Source of the DNA: Harriotta raleighana
Taxonomy: Eukaryota
Direction of reading: 5' to 3'
Assembly (NCBI GenBank): GCA_050575255.1
Contig: JBNZDD010013484.1
Location: 378,575 to 442,574 of the forward strand
DNA length: 64,000 nucleotides
Under the pieces are notes generated by a model. It saw nothing but the letters and a program-made list of their open reading frames with translations, did no database searches and was not told the DNA's origin. Positions 1 to 14,600 of the stretch are shown piece by piece (positions within the stretch are counted from its first letter, which is position 1; the number at the start of each line of letters is the position of its first letter). A program made the translations under genes and the position numbers.

Positions 1-382
1 CTTCTCCCCTCTCCGGCTGCCCTCTCCCCTTTCCAGCTGCCTTCTCCCCTCTCCAGCTACCCTCTCCCCTCTCCAGCTACCCTCTCCCCGGTTGCTCTCT
101 GCCTCTCTCCCCCTGATTTTCCCACTTCCCAGGTGGTAGGGGAGACGAGAGCAGGGAGAGGTGGGAGAGCTGGGAGAGCGATGCCAGCCGGATGTAGCCC
201 GCCTCAGTACGTACCTTGCATTGGTCGGGTGTGGATGTGCCTGGAGGCTTGAGGTGGGTAGCCTGTGGTTGGATTCCTCTAACCCCCCCTTTTCCCATTA
301 CTTGTTAAGCTTCTCCAATGCAATTTTATTGAGTGCGCAGTTTTCCAGGAACGTAACCTCCGCGATCGACCAGGGTTAACTG
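1..382 (-). mobile_element. Tigger/pogo-like non-autonomous DNA transposon (family B), truncated by the window start; carries a ~20-bp C/T-rich minisatellite at 1-90
   Basis: Ends ...CAGGGTTAACTG followed by TA. 200-382 is the reverse complement of ~47513-47695. Unit ctctcccctctccagctacc repeated about 4 times. Confidence 0.7.
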
Positions 383-1489
383 TAAAGCAATTTCTAAACC
401 AAATGCAGTGCTCTGCTGATAGTCTTAGAATGAAGGTAAAACCCATGAAACACATTTTACATTTGCATGGATTGCACAGGCCATTTGGCCTAACTAGTTC
501 AAATGAACATTTATATTCCACCAGTCTCTACAAATCTTTACTCACTTCCTTATCCTTCCATTTTCTTCTTACTCATGAATATCACTGAATATTGTATATC
601 CCAGGAAATACATTACACACATTACAGTACTTATTTTGTTTCCTGGAGGTGACAAAACATTGAAGGTAACATGCAACATTCAAGTTTCAACTAGACATTG
701 TAACCTACTTCAGGAACCTAAAAGATCATCCTATGAATATTTGTCAGTCTCAAATGTCCTCACTCATCTCCTATTACATGTTATTTTGCAACTACAGAAA
801 CAGACCATACGACAGTTATGTTATTGGGTCAATATTTATTACAAAAGATAATCAATTATAAGACAGGTTACACTTCATACGATTGGATGTCCCATTAAAC
901 TTCTGACTAACTCCTTAAATCACAACTTGCATTCAATTTACTGCAGAGTTCGCCAATACAATTGGGAAAAGCATCCCGCTGAATTTAAAGATCAATAGCC
1001 ATGAATAAAGTTTTTAATAAAGCCCTGGTCCAGCCTCCATAATTGAATTTCAGAAAAGAGGCCAAGGGATAAAAGCAGTTTCCATTGTGGGAAATTCAAC
1101 ATAACATAACTTGAATCCTGTTTGATGACATACTGTATATAAAAACAAAAACTCTAACAATAAGATGTGGCACACTATTTTATCAGTACTTCACCAATAA
1201 GACTGCTAGTTTTTTGTTAATGTTTGTTTAAACCAATACACAATATGTACAACTGTGCCAATGGCCATACACAACCGTTTCACTCAAACTGTATCAGAGT
1301 TGCACCTGTTTAAGGCAAGAGCAGTTAAACAACAACAGCTTGCATCTATGTATTGCTTTTCACCTGGGAGGCGGGTATTTTGGAGCCCTTAAAACAGTGT
1401 AGATGAGAATAAATGGTAAACGTACTATTCAAAGAAACAGTTGTATTGGCTCCCTTATATCGCATGAGCTCTCCCAGTGTGAATAAACA

Positions 1490-1765
1490 CACTGCCCTGT
1501 AAGCTCTTGCCTAGATAGACCCAGGGGTTGCTAGTTTAAAACCAGTCTGTCTAAAGTTAGCTGAAATCAGCAGGAGGAACTGTTGGGGCAAGTATGTGGA
1601 TTTTGGATGAGGATAGGATCTGACTTGGCTGTGAATTGTGGTCAATTCACTAGTCACCACTCGCTCTCAAAGCTCACATATGAACAATAAGTCTCATTTG
1701 GGAGAGGTACTGAAAGATTTCCAACACTTGTGGAATCATACCTTGTATAAAGGTAAATGACTAAA
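1490..1765 (+). mobile_element. Old interspersed SINE-like repeat (third family); copies at ~10620-10910 and ~52610-52890 (duplicated at ~55750-56030)
   Basis: Shared motifs gtctg..agttagctga..tcagc, ctca.a.ctcacacatgaa, ggtactg..gg, gga.catac; family not named. Confidence 0.5.
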
Positions 1766-2477
1766 AAGTGGAATTGAAATGGAGGCATTTTGCAGCCTGC
1801 CAGTGGCTTTGGCAATTGTCATTTCTGGTTTGTGGTTTGCAATTATGCCACTCTGCAATAGTGGTGTAATTGCTGCACAACAAATAAATTATTAAATGAA
1901 TGCTAGCACAGGCTGTTTTGATGCTCAGGTTTTGTTTTATGATCTTTTTTCAGGCTGTAAGTGATCCGAAACACTGTCCCACCTGAAGGGTGCTGTATAA
2001 ATGCAAGTTGTTGCAGTTTGAAGCAATGTTGTTTCAAACGATGTTATTTCTTGACTGAAACAATGCGCGAAAAAAAACAGACCACAATTAACACTTTTAT
2101 GAATGATGGTTTATGAATGCAACATTTTAAGTCCCAATGGATTCTGATTGCTCAACGTATACTTCAGTGACCGGGCTGTAATATCACAGTGCAGTTTTAT
2201 TTTATGCAGTGAATGTGTTAAATGCAGATAGTCTCGCCCACAAAACATAGTCAATACATTTTACAGTACAGTCTGTGAAGCGCTTTGAGGACACTCAACA
2301 AAGTGGTAAGAACGCTGTATCAAACACAAAGATTATTATTGTTAATCTTATATTATTTTTACTATAATCATGTATTCAAAGTCATCTGAATAATAGTTGC
2401 AAAACTATTCAAACACAAACCCAGTCCATGAATCAAGTAGACTCCACCCCCCACCATCCACCGTCCCCAATACTCAC

Positions 2478-2689
2478 ATTCAACAGGCTGCGGTGAATCG
2501 CACGTGGCTGACAGTGTCTGTGGCTCCTCCTTAGACTCTGTAGATGAGGGAGTCAGGGACCTTGGGACCTGGGTCGATGGGGCTACTGGTGAACTCAGGC
2601 TCAAGGAAAGGTCGCTGCGGACCCGGGGAGCCCTGTTCTTCACTTCCTTCTCGTACTCCTCCGCTGCGATCTTCTCCACGTATTTGTAT
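2478..2689 (-). CDS. FHOD3: FHOD3 exon ~17 (212 nt, phase 2-1)
   Basis: ttttcag|ATACAAA...GAAT|gtgagt; [37 protein letters not shown]...PQPVE. Confidence 0.92.
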
Positions 2690-5600
2690 CTGAAAAGAAG
2701 CCGATAAGACGCTCAGCTACCAATGCTCCATGATGCTGCAGCTTTCTGCACACATCCCTGAGCTTGTGACTCTGTCACAGCAAATCCCTTCTCGGCTGAA
2801 CTCAGAACTAACCTTGAGAAGGATGAAAGAGGGCAAAGTGCATCTAAGATGGTCACATCCAGAGATTATCTGCACAAAGACTGCAAGAGGCTGAAACCTG
2901 CTAATAGTTCCTCCCAGACATTTAGCAGCAGAAATTTTTCCCTGCGTTTCAGTGCGACACAAACTCACAAGCTTTCACCACCTTCTAAACATTTTCTTGC
3001 CTCTCTGAACCTGTGTTATTCCAGTGGTATGCGACTCTACGTCACATTGGCTTTGTTCATCAAAGACTGCTCAGGAAAGGAAAAATACATCTGGTTTGCA
3101 TTTGCATGGATAGTGCTCCTGAACTGTTTGTTACTGCCTGCTACCAATCATACTCCTCATACTTAAAACATTAGCGCTCAAATAACTCTTAGTCCGGGCT
3201 CCTCCAAAGACATTTTCAGATTTAGTTTTATCTAATTTTTTTTCCCCAACAGTCATTCGTGTGGAACTGACTGCAAGTATGTGCTTCTATCATCACATAA
3301 AAGCAACCACAAAACCAGACTAGCTATAATCGACAGAATTGAAAACTCCACCACAGAATAAGAATTACATTCATATCCAAGAAATGTAGGTGCCACAGAG
3401 AGTCTGGGCTTTAAATGCTGGGATTAAAATGCAGCTCTGAATGATGAAATGGAAGTCTCATCTCTTTCTCACCTGCAAAGCTCCTCCGTTAACTTGCGTT
3501 TTCATAGTCTCCACTGGAACTACTATTATAGGGCAACATATTTACAGTAGTTCCAATGTGCTATGAATCGAACAGCTTCCTTCTCTGTTGAAATTTCCCA
3601 TTTCAAGTCTTGATCCCAGTTTGTGATGGTGATGCGCTTAGCGCACACTGTGTTACATATACATTGGCATTAAACTGTAAGTTCACTCATAATACTGACA
3701 CCCAAATTGCACCATTTCCCTCACCAAAACAAAAAATGATGGTGATGAGAATGTGCAGGGAAATGGATTATGAGTGGATGGCTGTAGAGGCGAAAATACC
3801 TCCTCATGGGCTGTAAAATGTTTGATGAATGTTGGGGCAGAATAGAGGAAACTTTTAGTTTCTCTATCTTTTGTATACCTGAGATGGGAGTGCGTGATGA
3901 ATGATGCTGTGGGATAAAAGTGGACATCATTTCTGATCTCCAGCACTGATGTCCCCTTCGAATTGAAGAACAAATTAATTTCATTACAAAATCAAATACA
4001 TCTTTCTTCAAATAATGGTCTTTTGGTTTAATTCACAATCTGCTGTTCAGTGCTTTGGGATGTGCTCCCAAGGTAAAAAATGCTTTACTAGTACAGTAAA
4101 ACTCTGTTTATCCGGCACCCACGGGACCTAGCCAGTTGTGGTTAAATGGTTTTCTGGTTGTACGGATTTTTAAAAAAGTGTATTTAAAATCAATTTAAAA
4201 ATGTTTTAACTACAAACCATATTAATAACAGATTAAATAATAACAGATAATAACAATATTCTATGTGCATTTATTATAAATGTTGTACCCTGTACCATAT
4301 AAATAGTAGAATAAATACAGTAATGACAGATACTGTAATAACAGAATATTGTATGGCTATTTATTGTAAATGTTAATACTATATAAATAATAGACTAAAT
4401 GCACTAATAACAGCTACTATAATAACAGAATATTGTATTAGTACTTTATTATTTATACTTAACTTTGCAGCATTGAGGAGAAACCAAAACGGCAAAATGG
4501 TGACTTATTAAAAAAAAGGCAGATATTTCAATAGAGCAGGAGCGAATTTAGACTAGTACCAGTACTCCTGTGCCACAATCGATTCATTAAATGCGTCATC
4601 ACTATTTTGCCGGATAACTTCCGGTTTATTGAATGAGAACTTTATTTTCGAGGTTCCGGTTCAACGGGTTTTCTGGTTCATCGAGTCACGGATAAACAAG
4701 GTTTTACTGTATTATTTTGTATTGTACATGGGTGAGGTGTTATCTGGGATGTTGATTTAAGAGTGGGCAGGTGATTGAGTAGGTGATCACTTTGTTCTTG
4801 TACTGGGATGTGCTAATCCTGGGCTGTAATGATACTTCAGAACACTACCTTTCTGAGCAAAGCGATCTATTTATATTTGTGTGTTTGCTTTTAATAGGAT
4901 TCCTTAATAAGGAATCTTGAGTCATGCAAATGATGCCAATATGTGGGAATTCAGTTTGAACCAGTCTGCTTCCCGAATGGAGTGACCGCAGGTCGATAGG
5001 AATGCTTATGTGATTTCTTATCCAGGAATCTTATTAACAAATACCATAAATAAGACAATTACTGCCTTCTTTCTGGTAGAAGCAAAATACTTTATGTGGT
5101 GATGCCAGTACTGAGCCTGTCTTCCCAACGTGAAAGGCACTCTGTGAATGTAATTTTGTTGTTGTTGTCACCATCATGTGAGAAGCTGCTGCGTTGCCAG
5201 TGGTGACAAGGGAAAGTAGACGTGTCACTACTATGAGAGATAGGAACAAGATGCGACCATCCCTGGCTTACAAAATCACACAAACATCTCCCACAGCCAG
5301 TGCTGGAACCAGTCAAAAAGTAAAAATGCAAGTTAACTTGATAAAGTTTTTATAAAGCCAACCTCTAAAATAAAATGTACTCCCTTTCCAAATAAAAAAA
5401 AACAATGAGTGTTTACACCTCTGACAAAGATGACAATAAAAGCAATTCTTTTTGGGAAAATAAAATACACACAAATGCAAACCTTTCTTCTCTTGCCAAT
5501 CTCTGTTCTTCTCTTTTTTCAACGTAGCCCCGACTAGAAGACAGGAAAGAGAAAGAACTGTCGTCAAAGCGAGCAGCGTAAGCTACTGGAACAGACAGTA

Positions 5601-8600
5601 AAGCCGGCTCAATGGAAATTCTCACTTTGGTTTGGAACTTCTCTAAGAATTTATTCAAAATTATTCAGAATCCGAGACTGGTGTCGCTGTTAAGACTTTT
5701 AACATTTAGTAATGCGTGACCTTAGGATAATTGTCCACGTGTACACATGGATATTCACACAAGGAAAGACTCCTTCTTTACACCACTGCCAGCGTTGTAC
5801 TTAAAACAGCAGGCTACTCTTGCACTGTAAATCATCCAAGTAATGATACAGGTAATGGCTCGGAGTATCTTTATCATCCTCAGGGGATGCAAAATTACTG
5901 GAAGGTCTTCGGTTCCAACAAGTTATCTCAGCCAAATGCTTGCACAAAAGAAGCACTGGACCTTTCTCTAACATTAGCATTATATTGAAGAACTCCTGAT
6001 GTAATGCCAACCTATTTGGATTCTTGAGTTCTTTACAAATAGTACTTATGTAAAACAGACGGGAAAATACAGCACATGTACAATTCGGCTACTCTTAATA
6101 TTTGTAACATTTTCGTTGACTTTTAACGAATCAACCTGCTGGTCTATTGCAAACAGCTCCGTTGCTCCAATTACTACACGCTTATGGGAGTTGCAAACGT
6201 TTTCCTCTGGCAACCACGTTTTTAGGGAAAACTAGGGGTTGGTCACTGTCAGAACTATTGTGCCTAAAACACAATAGTTCTGACAGTGATTCATACCTGC
6301 TTCATTTATCTCTTTTTCTTTTAAATACAGAGTGTACTCCCTTTTTCATGAAATAACTTCACCACGTTCCCTTTCTGAGACGTTCCTGCACCACAGCTGA
6401 CAACACAATGGGTAACTTGTTCCTAAGCTTCCACCACTAATTCCGATCTGCTCTTAAACATGCTGTTCAGAGGCCGCGAGAGAAAACTAGATCATCACCT
6501 TGATGAAGTTTTTAAAAAACAATGAGAGGCTTTGAACGAGTCAATATTGAGAAATGATTTCTCTGGTCGGTCAGTTAGAATGTAGAGGGCATCAATTTAA
6601 GACAGTTAGCAAACCGCCAAATGGTGAGGTTAGGAGAATATTTTCAATGCACTAGGATATGGAATGACCTGTTGAGAGGAATAATTGAGGCATAATCCAT
6701 ATCAACTTTCAAAAGGGAAACAAGATCAATATTTTTTTTTATATACAGAATTAATCTACGGCGGTATGAGGATAGGGCAAGTGAATGGGATTGAAAGAAT
6801 TGCACCTTAAAAATTACCAAGTGGACATGATGTCCTTAATAAATAATTAATGAATAAATGACCTTATTCTTTTTGTATATTTCTATGGTTCCATACTGGG
6901 TGTGACAGTAAATAGAGGGCACAAGGTAATTCCTATGAGTACAAAGGGAAAGATGAAGAGAATTATTTTTACACAGCTGGCTTGGGAGTGCCCTACCTGG
7001 AACTGTGGTTGAGGCAGAATCCCTATTAACCTTTCAAAGAGAATTAGATACATTTCTGAACTGGAGAAGGATAAAGAGCTATAGGGAAGAGGCACGAGAA
7101 CTATTTTTGGAAGGTAGACAGTAGGAAGTAGTATATTCCACTTTGAGACGTTGATAAGACGTGGAAAGCGCTATATAAATGTAAAGATTATTATATCCTT
7201 GAGTTCACAATGTTTTACCTGAATCGGTTCCTTTCTTCCCGCTCTATCCGTTGCAGTCTTTCCTCTCTCTCTTGCCGTCGTTTCTCTCGCTCAGCCGCCA
7301 ACGACTCCTGATGTTGTCGGTAGGATGAGGACAGAAGACCACCCAATGCTGGCCTGTGGATCAAGCAATGAAATTACATTGTGCACTGAAGATCCCCACA
7401 GAAAGTTCTCTTGTCATTGATGGAGGCCTTTATAGATTCGGAAACCATGAGTTCCTGCACCCCTTCCCGCAAAAATAAAAGAGAATTGGATAAATATCTG
7501 AAGAAGAACAAGTTAAAAGGGTGTGGGGATAGAGCTGGGAATTAGTATTAGTGCAGTTAGTTCTGGCCAAGGATCAACAGCATGTGATGAGCTGAATGAC
7601 TTTCATATGTGCAGTCTTTTTATCACCTTATCAAGGATGAGGAACAATGCACCTCCAGAAATAAGTTTGATTCCCATACTTATTCATGGTACAAATATCA
7701 TCCCTTGTACCAAATATATTGCTCCAATAATCCTTGTTATTCAGTTGAATCAAGAAGATTACTGGCCTTGTTACATTAAATACTGTTTTACAGAAAGAAC
7801 CTTAAAACAGGTCTTGGCTTCTGCAGCCCCATAACACATCAGAATGCCCATGCAAGTCCCTCATAGGCATTTATACTAAAATGTTGCGATTCATTTTTGT
7901 AGGCAGATATGTAATAGAGATCTCACAAAAAAACATGGAATGCACATCCAATTACTGTAATAAGAGTCTTATTTTAAAATAACACAAATACATTATACTA
8001 TATAGTGTCTTTTATACTGGGTGGACATCCCAAGACATTGAAATTCAATGACGCTAACAGCATATTACATAAAACAGCAGTTTCCCCAAGTCTTCAATAA
8101 TAACTATTGTTAGCCATGATCATGGGAGGAACTCCCTTCCTTTTCACATGGTGCTTTTAATGTCCACCTGAACAGGAAACAAGACCTTCTGTATAAATGA
8201 AGAATTAAGCTATGCTCTTTAATCTCTTCCAAACAAGCCTTTCTCCGAATAAATGAGAAAGACTTGTGAGTTTACCAACATTCTATACTGTAGAACAGAT
8301 CTTTTATTGCTGTGCTGGTAGTGGCTTTGGCAGGTTCTAATTTTTATTACTCTCCTCCTGACTCAAATGAGCGTTATTCGATGATGTCAACAGCAAATTA
8401 CAAAAAATGTGGAACACCAGTTTTCCCAGGTCTTCATTAATAACCACAAGTTGGATGTCCTTCAAAAAGTCCTTTTTGATCTTTATCCTTGGCACGATGT
8501 AGTTTGCTTGGCAGCTACCTTTACATGGCCAAGCTTTAATAGCACTATTGGTCGACTATGGTTTGAAGTGCTCTAGTTTTACTGAAAAGATAGTTGAGTG

Positions 8601-11600
8601 GCTGCTTGGATTGAAAAACAAGTGGAGTCTTGTGGAATCTACTAGCTTCCATTCAGCACACAGGAAAGATGACAAATGAAAAGGTATTAAAGAGTTCATA
8701 ATATCTTTAACAGGCAGACGGAACCCCAGTTTAACAACCTATCTGGATCACGATACCTCCGACAATCAGCATTACCTCCCAGCATTGCACTGCATTGGAG
8801 TGTCAGCCTAGATAGTGTTGCTTAGTGCTAGTGTTACATAAAGTGCTGAACAAAGTGGATTCTCCAGGCTGGTTAGTCAGAGGAATGACCGATAACTGTC
8901 AATACTTCACCAGGGCTGATCCCAATCATTGCCTAGAAAAACCTCCTCGGTTATCTTTTAAGGTCCAGCTTCTAAGTTCATTTTACGTTACAGTCTCAGA
9001 TAAAATGATCTTCCAGACTAATATTAGATGGTATTTCGAAGTTCAGATATCTCTAAATTGTTTCGAAGATTTTGCCTACAACTAATATTAAAGTTACTGG
9101 ATTGGTTTCCAGGTATTGCTCCTTATTATATCTTTAAATACTGTAAATTGGGTTATTTTTGCTACTTTCCAATCCTCGGGAATCTTTCTAGATTTGGCAA
9201 TTGTACAAAAATGTCAGTTTGTTGAAAACATATGTTTTCCTGATGTGCACTGATGTTATAGATTCTCCAAACCAAAATGCATAGATCTGGAATTTGAGCA
9301 GTCTTGATTTCTAAAGGAAGTGATATGAAAAAATCTATTTCACACACCTGCCATCACTGATTTTCTTTTATCTTTTTACAATTCTTCCCTTAAAAGGACT
9401 CATTCTGTTTGCTTTTCTGATTGTGTTTGTGACACAGTCCTCTCAGAGGGTTTGCTCTCTGAAAGCTGATATTCAGAAATTCTGTATTCTTAGTTTTGGC
9501 CTCAGCCTGGCAAATCTTGTGACATTTATTTCAGTGCTATGTGACACATATCTATGCAACAAAGGTCAAAGTACATGTTTCTAACATGTCACCTGTTGCT
9601 AACATAACTGAAACGAGGTTTTGGATCCTCAAGTGTTATCTTGCCTTTCACCCACAATATATACAGTCAATTCACTTTACAGTATATTTTGTGAAGCGCT
9701 TTTAGACATCTAAATAATGTGATAAGGTGCTATATCAAATGCAAGGATTATAACTATTATCGACAGGCTAGATAGGGAAAAACTGTTTCCGCTGGTAGGT
9801 GTGTCTGTGACCTGTGGTTACAGTCTTAAGATATCTACTAAAAGAAGCAGAGGGGAGGTTAGAAGAAATTTTTTCACTCAGCGAGTTGTTCAAATTTGGA
9901 AATGATCTGCCTGAAAGGGTAGTGAGGTCCGATTCGATAGCAGCTTTTAAGAGAGAACTGGATAGGTATCTGGGGAAGACGGGCTTGCAGGGTTATGGGG
10001 AGAAAGCTGGTGATTGAGGTTAATGAAAGTGACATTGCTCTGTCAAAGAGCCAGCACAGACTCGATGGGCCGAATGGCCTCCTTCTGTGCCGTAACATTC
10101 TATGATTGATTCTATGATCTGCAGTTTCCTTCTCTACTGCCTTAATACTGTATTCCTAAATATTCACCCTTTCTTTCATACGATTTTCACAACTCACTAA
10201 GTTATCCTCACCATGGTGATCCACACCTACTAAAATATTTCTGTTTGGCCAACAGGTTAGTTATGAGCTTATCATTGAGCTATTGTGGTTTGGGCTCACT
10301 ATGTTTTATTTTCTGCTCATGTTAATATATTTTCTTTCCGTGATGTTTAAGACTGTCTTAAAAAATCAATTTTCACTTATTTGCTGATTCTTTTGCGTGC
10401 GTAATCAATCCCTCCAGTTCCAGAGTTTTCTCTTCTAAAGTCATGTACCTCAGTACTGTTAGTTTTGGCCTCAGCTTGCTATATCTTCTGACATTTACTG
10501 CAGTGGCATGTGACACATGTCCAAGCAATGCAGATCAGAGTACAGATGTGACAAGATAGAATTTTACTGTTAACAAATTATCTTTTTGTTCTTCTCCCCT
10601 CATGTCTCAGTGGAGAAATGGTAAGTCATACATTCCTACAAAGAAAGTGTCAGGTTTGATCCCTGGTGAACTGTTCTCAGCATGGATGCAAGAGCTGGAC
10701 TCGGCAAAAATTCCATTGAGGTCCTGGCTGTTCAGTGACTTCTGCTGTGAAGTGTAGGTGGAAGTCACGTGAGATTTGATCAATAGCTTGAAGGTACTGA
10801 ATGTCAAGGTTATACTCACGCTTGAAATGGTCCATTTAGCAAGTTACGAGAGGGCTTCCAGTACTCTGTGGCACCATTCTCCAACATGAGTTACTGACTT
10901 CTGGGGAAGATAGATGCAACTATAACCATTCAGGCTGCCACCTGTCCACTGCTGTATTAGATCTTGGTAATATACTTTAATCTCACTTCCGCAACTATTC
11001 TGATACTGAGGGATTGTTTCCCATGGTAGGAGAATCTATAACAGGGGTCACAATCTTAAAATTAAGGGTCAGCCTTTTAGAACCGATTTGAGGAAACATC
11101 TCTTCACTCAATTTATGGAATTCACTAACCCAGAAGGCTGTGGATGCTCAGTCCTTGAACATTTTCAAGGCTGAGACTAATAGATTTTTTAAGAAAATAG
11201 ATGGATTAGGAGATATGGGGATAGGGCAGGTAATCAGAGTTAGGTCAGAAGATCAGCCATGATGTTATTGAATGGCAGGGCAGGCTCGAGGGGCCAAAAG
11301 GCCTATTCCTGCTCCTAATTCTTATGTTCTTATTCTCCCTTAGTTCTCTTTCATCCAACTAATTCTGTATCCACATTGCCAGGGATGGTTCCATTGTACA
11401 TATCTCTAGCATCTGTGTGAAGAAATATGTTGGATTCCTACTTTTAACCGGTATAACTCTAATTTGAAAGTTATGTTCCCTAGTTTGGGAACCTCCTGCC
11501 AGAGGAAAGGGTTGCTCAAGAGTCTATTTATCCTCATAGCTTGAGCGATGAGAACAAAGCAGTGGTGAAAGATAATTTGTTTTATGTTTTCCAAAAATTG

Positions 11601-14600
11601 CATTATTTCCTGGGCATGTAGACAAGTCCATGTCACTCACATATGAGTGTGAAATGTTTCCAAATCCCATTTCCAGTTAGCATAGATTCCGAATGCATAT
11701 ATTTACAAGTCTCTCAGCAAGAGCATATTTTGTTGCAGACAATGTCATCAAGTAGATTTACAACACACTCATACTGAAGAGACAGGATGCAAGATCTTCA
11801 TAAAAATGTTTTGTCAGAAACATTTTAGATTGTTCACCAGCAAGCAAAATAAATGTGTTGGAATACAACAATACATCAAAAGGAAGTACAATCCTTTCTT
11901 CTCTCTCTCAAACAAAAGTGGTTGCCAAGTAATTCTTCTTGAAGACAAAGGCCCTTAACAGGGGAAGGCATTTGCAGTGATGGTTGCATTTGTGGACTGA
12001 TGTGATAACGGGTAAAACTGATAAAGTTATATGCCACTTTACAATTTTATCCCAGCATGGTGAGGCAACGATATGAACTCTCAATTTAAATGGGGTGATG
12101 GGGGGGAAAACAAATAAGACCTTGATTGAAGTGAAGGTCATGTATTCCAATTCCAAAACAGTGGAGGAGGCAGAAGAGCCAAAAATCCTTGAGCAGCAAT
12201 AGTAAGATTACGTGGTTTTCATCTGTAAGGTTATAAATAAACCTGAACTAACAGTGTTGAAATATTGGCTCTGATGCAGTGAATTGATGGCTGCATGTAC
12301 TTTGACTGATGTAAGTGTGCGAATACATTTGATATCAGGTATCTAAAATACCCATGCATAACTCTGCACAGTTGATTTCTGGAGAGAACTATCCACCTGT
12401 ATGACAGTATATCTAAAAATACGTAATTTCTAGAAGTATGGGGGTAAATAAGCATAAATGGGATGAATTAATTACTCTTTCAAAGAGTCAGCACAGACAT
12501 AATGAGCCACATACAATACTATTTTATATTATGTACTGCATTTCATGTCACGAGGATCTCTCAAGACACATTGACTGTGCAGGATGTGTATTCGAACTGG
12601 GTGTGAGCCGAAGAAGAGATGGCTAGAAGAGTGATCAAAGAGATGTTTTGAGCCGAACTTCGAAGGGGGAGTGAGGTGGGGGGAGCAAATAACCTTGTTG
12701 CGACCTGTAAAGTTCTGTGGGTCTTTAATGCTCTTCATTGGTTGTCCATTGTCAGCCTTACCATGTTATAATACTTGACAAAAAAAAAACACTGTGTCTT
12801 CGGCTGGTCTAGGCAGTAGTTTTCATTGTCTTTGAAACAGCATGATCATGGCAATCCGGCTCATTGAGTTTGGTCAAAAACAAAGGGTTAGCTTTGCTGG
12901 ATGGTGTACTGTCTGCACAGTGTAAACTAATAGAAATCTTCAGCAGTGAGTCATGGCGGTGTTTCAAACAAAATGGGAGGAGAGTAATGACAATAATAAT
13001 GATAATAATCCTCGCATTTGACATAGCGCTTTTCACGTCTTCTACACGTCTCAAAGTGCTTCACAGAATGTACTGTGAAATGAATTGACTATATTTGTGG
13101 GCGAAACGCAGCAGCCAATTGCACACATCAGTGACCCACAAATTTTAATCTTGGATTAAAATGATCATTTATTATTGTATTTTTTGAGCAATTATGATTA
13201 GGTGTGTGGAGTGAAGAAACTTGGCCAAGGTTTCATCTTGAATTGAACTCAGTTCTCTCCCTTGTAGGGTGTGTGGTCTAACCACTGAGCTATATAGGAC
13301 TCTACATAACAAAGAAAAAATAGTTAGAGTAAGAGAGTTTGGTGTTACTGATTGGAACTATTAATGCAATTTTTTGATCCAATTAAGTACAAATTGGGGA
13401 GTAGGCAAAGGAAAAGTTTATCACTCTAATACAAATTTACATTTATATAGTGTCTTTCACATCCAAGTCTTTAATTGGGCTGCAGAGGAAATTTGTTTTG
13501 CACTTCTTGGCCAGATATTGGAAACGTAGTTGTGAAATGAACATTTTGAAGCTGCAAAACCATTTTAGTTTCAAAATCGTGACTTTCACTTAAAAATAAA
13601 GACATTAATAATAATACTTGCGTTTTATATAGTGTCATATCAAAGCGCTTTACAGAACATACTGTAAAGTGAATCGCCTGCGAGGATCAGCTGCAAATCT
13701 GTTGTTAATAACAGGATTAAAAAGACATATTGTTTTCAACCAGAATTTCGCTAAGAAATTTGTATTTCTCAGATTTTGTGGCATTTCAGAATGCATTTGA
13801 TGGTAATGAAACACACTATTAATTGTTGCAAAGCCAACCCCTTAGAAGATTGTATTATTCATGGAAGAGACAATGATAACATAAAAAAGGCTTAAGGAGA
13901 AGCAACACCCACCAGTATACTACTCATTCTAGATTTAAAACATATCTTTCAATTTAATATCTTTTATATATACTCTCAAAATTCTCACGATCAGTGGCAA
14001 TTTCCTTGTATATAGGGAAAGCCATCCCCTGAAGCACAACTTCGGTAATTGGATGAGATTCCTCTGTAGCAAATATTGTACCTTGAACAAGGAAGAGACG
14101 ATGTCTCAGCTCTCCCTGTGTAAAGGCTGGTAACAAATTACAACAATTTTCTTTGCAATAAAGCGGTGCACCGTGGGAATTCAGGAAGACACTGGAAAGT
14201 AATATGGCTCAGTGCTGGAGATGTAACGCAGCACAAAGCCTAGGTTAGAAGGTAACACAGAAACCATTGTGTAACACTGGAACCACGGGTTAAATGCTTC
14301 ACAGACTCACTAATATCCTCCTTCCTCACTTGTCAAGTAGTAATTTTTAATGAAGTTCTGTCTCCCTGATATTTCTTGGCCAAACATTATAATACAAAAC
14401 ACGCATTGCTGAGTGCAGAGAGAGACTGAAGGTATACATCAATCCACCATCCATCAATAAATAAATAAGTAAATAAGTGAATAAAACACATTGTGGTTTT
14501 GAGGAGTGATTTGGAGTTCAAATAACTTTTAGGACAGGTTTGGGATTGGAATTACGGCACAAACCTGTCAGGTTTAGTCTCGGGAGCAGGTGAGCTAGAG

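Noticed and set aside
3472-3510. ATG-initiated 11-codon segment ending in CAG|gtgaga between exons 16 and 17
   Set aside because: Phase 0 does not fit the phase-2 acceptor of exon 17, and there is no other support.
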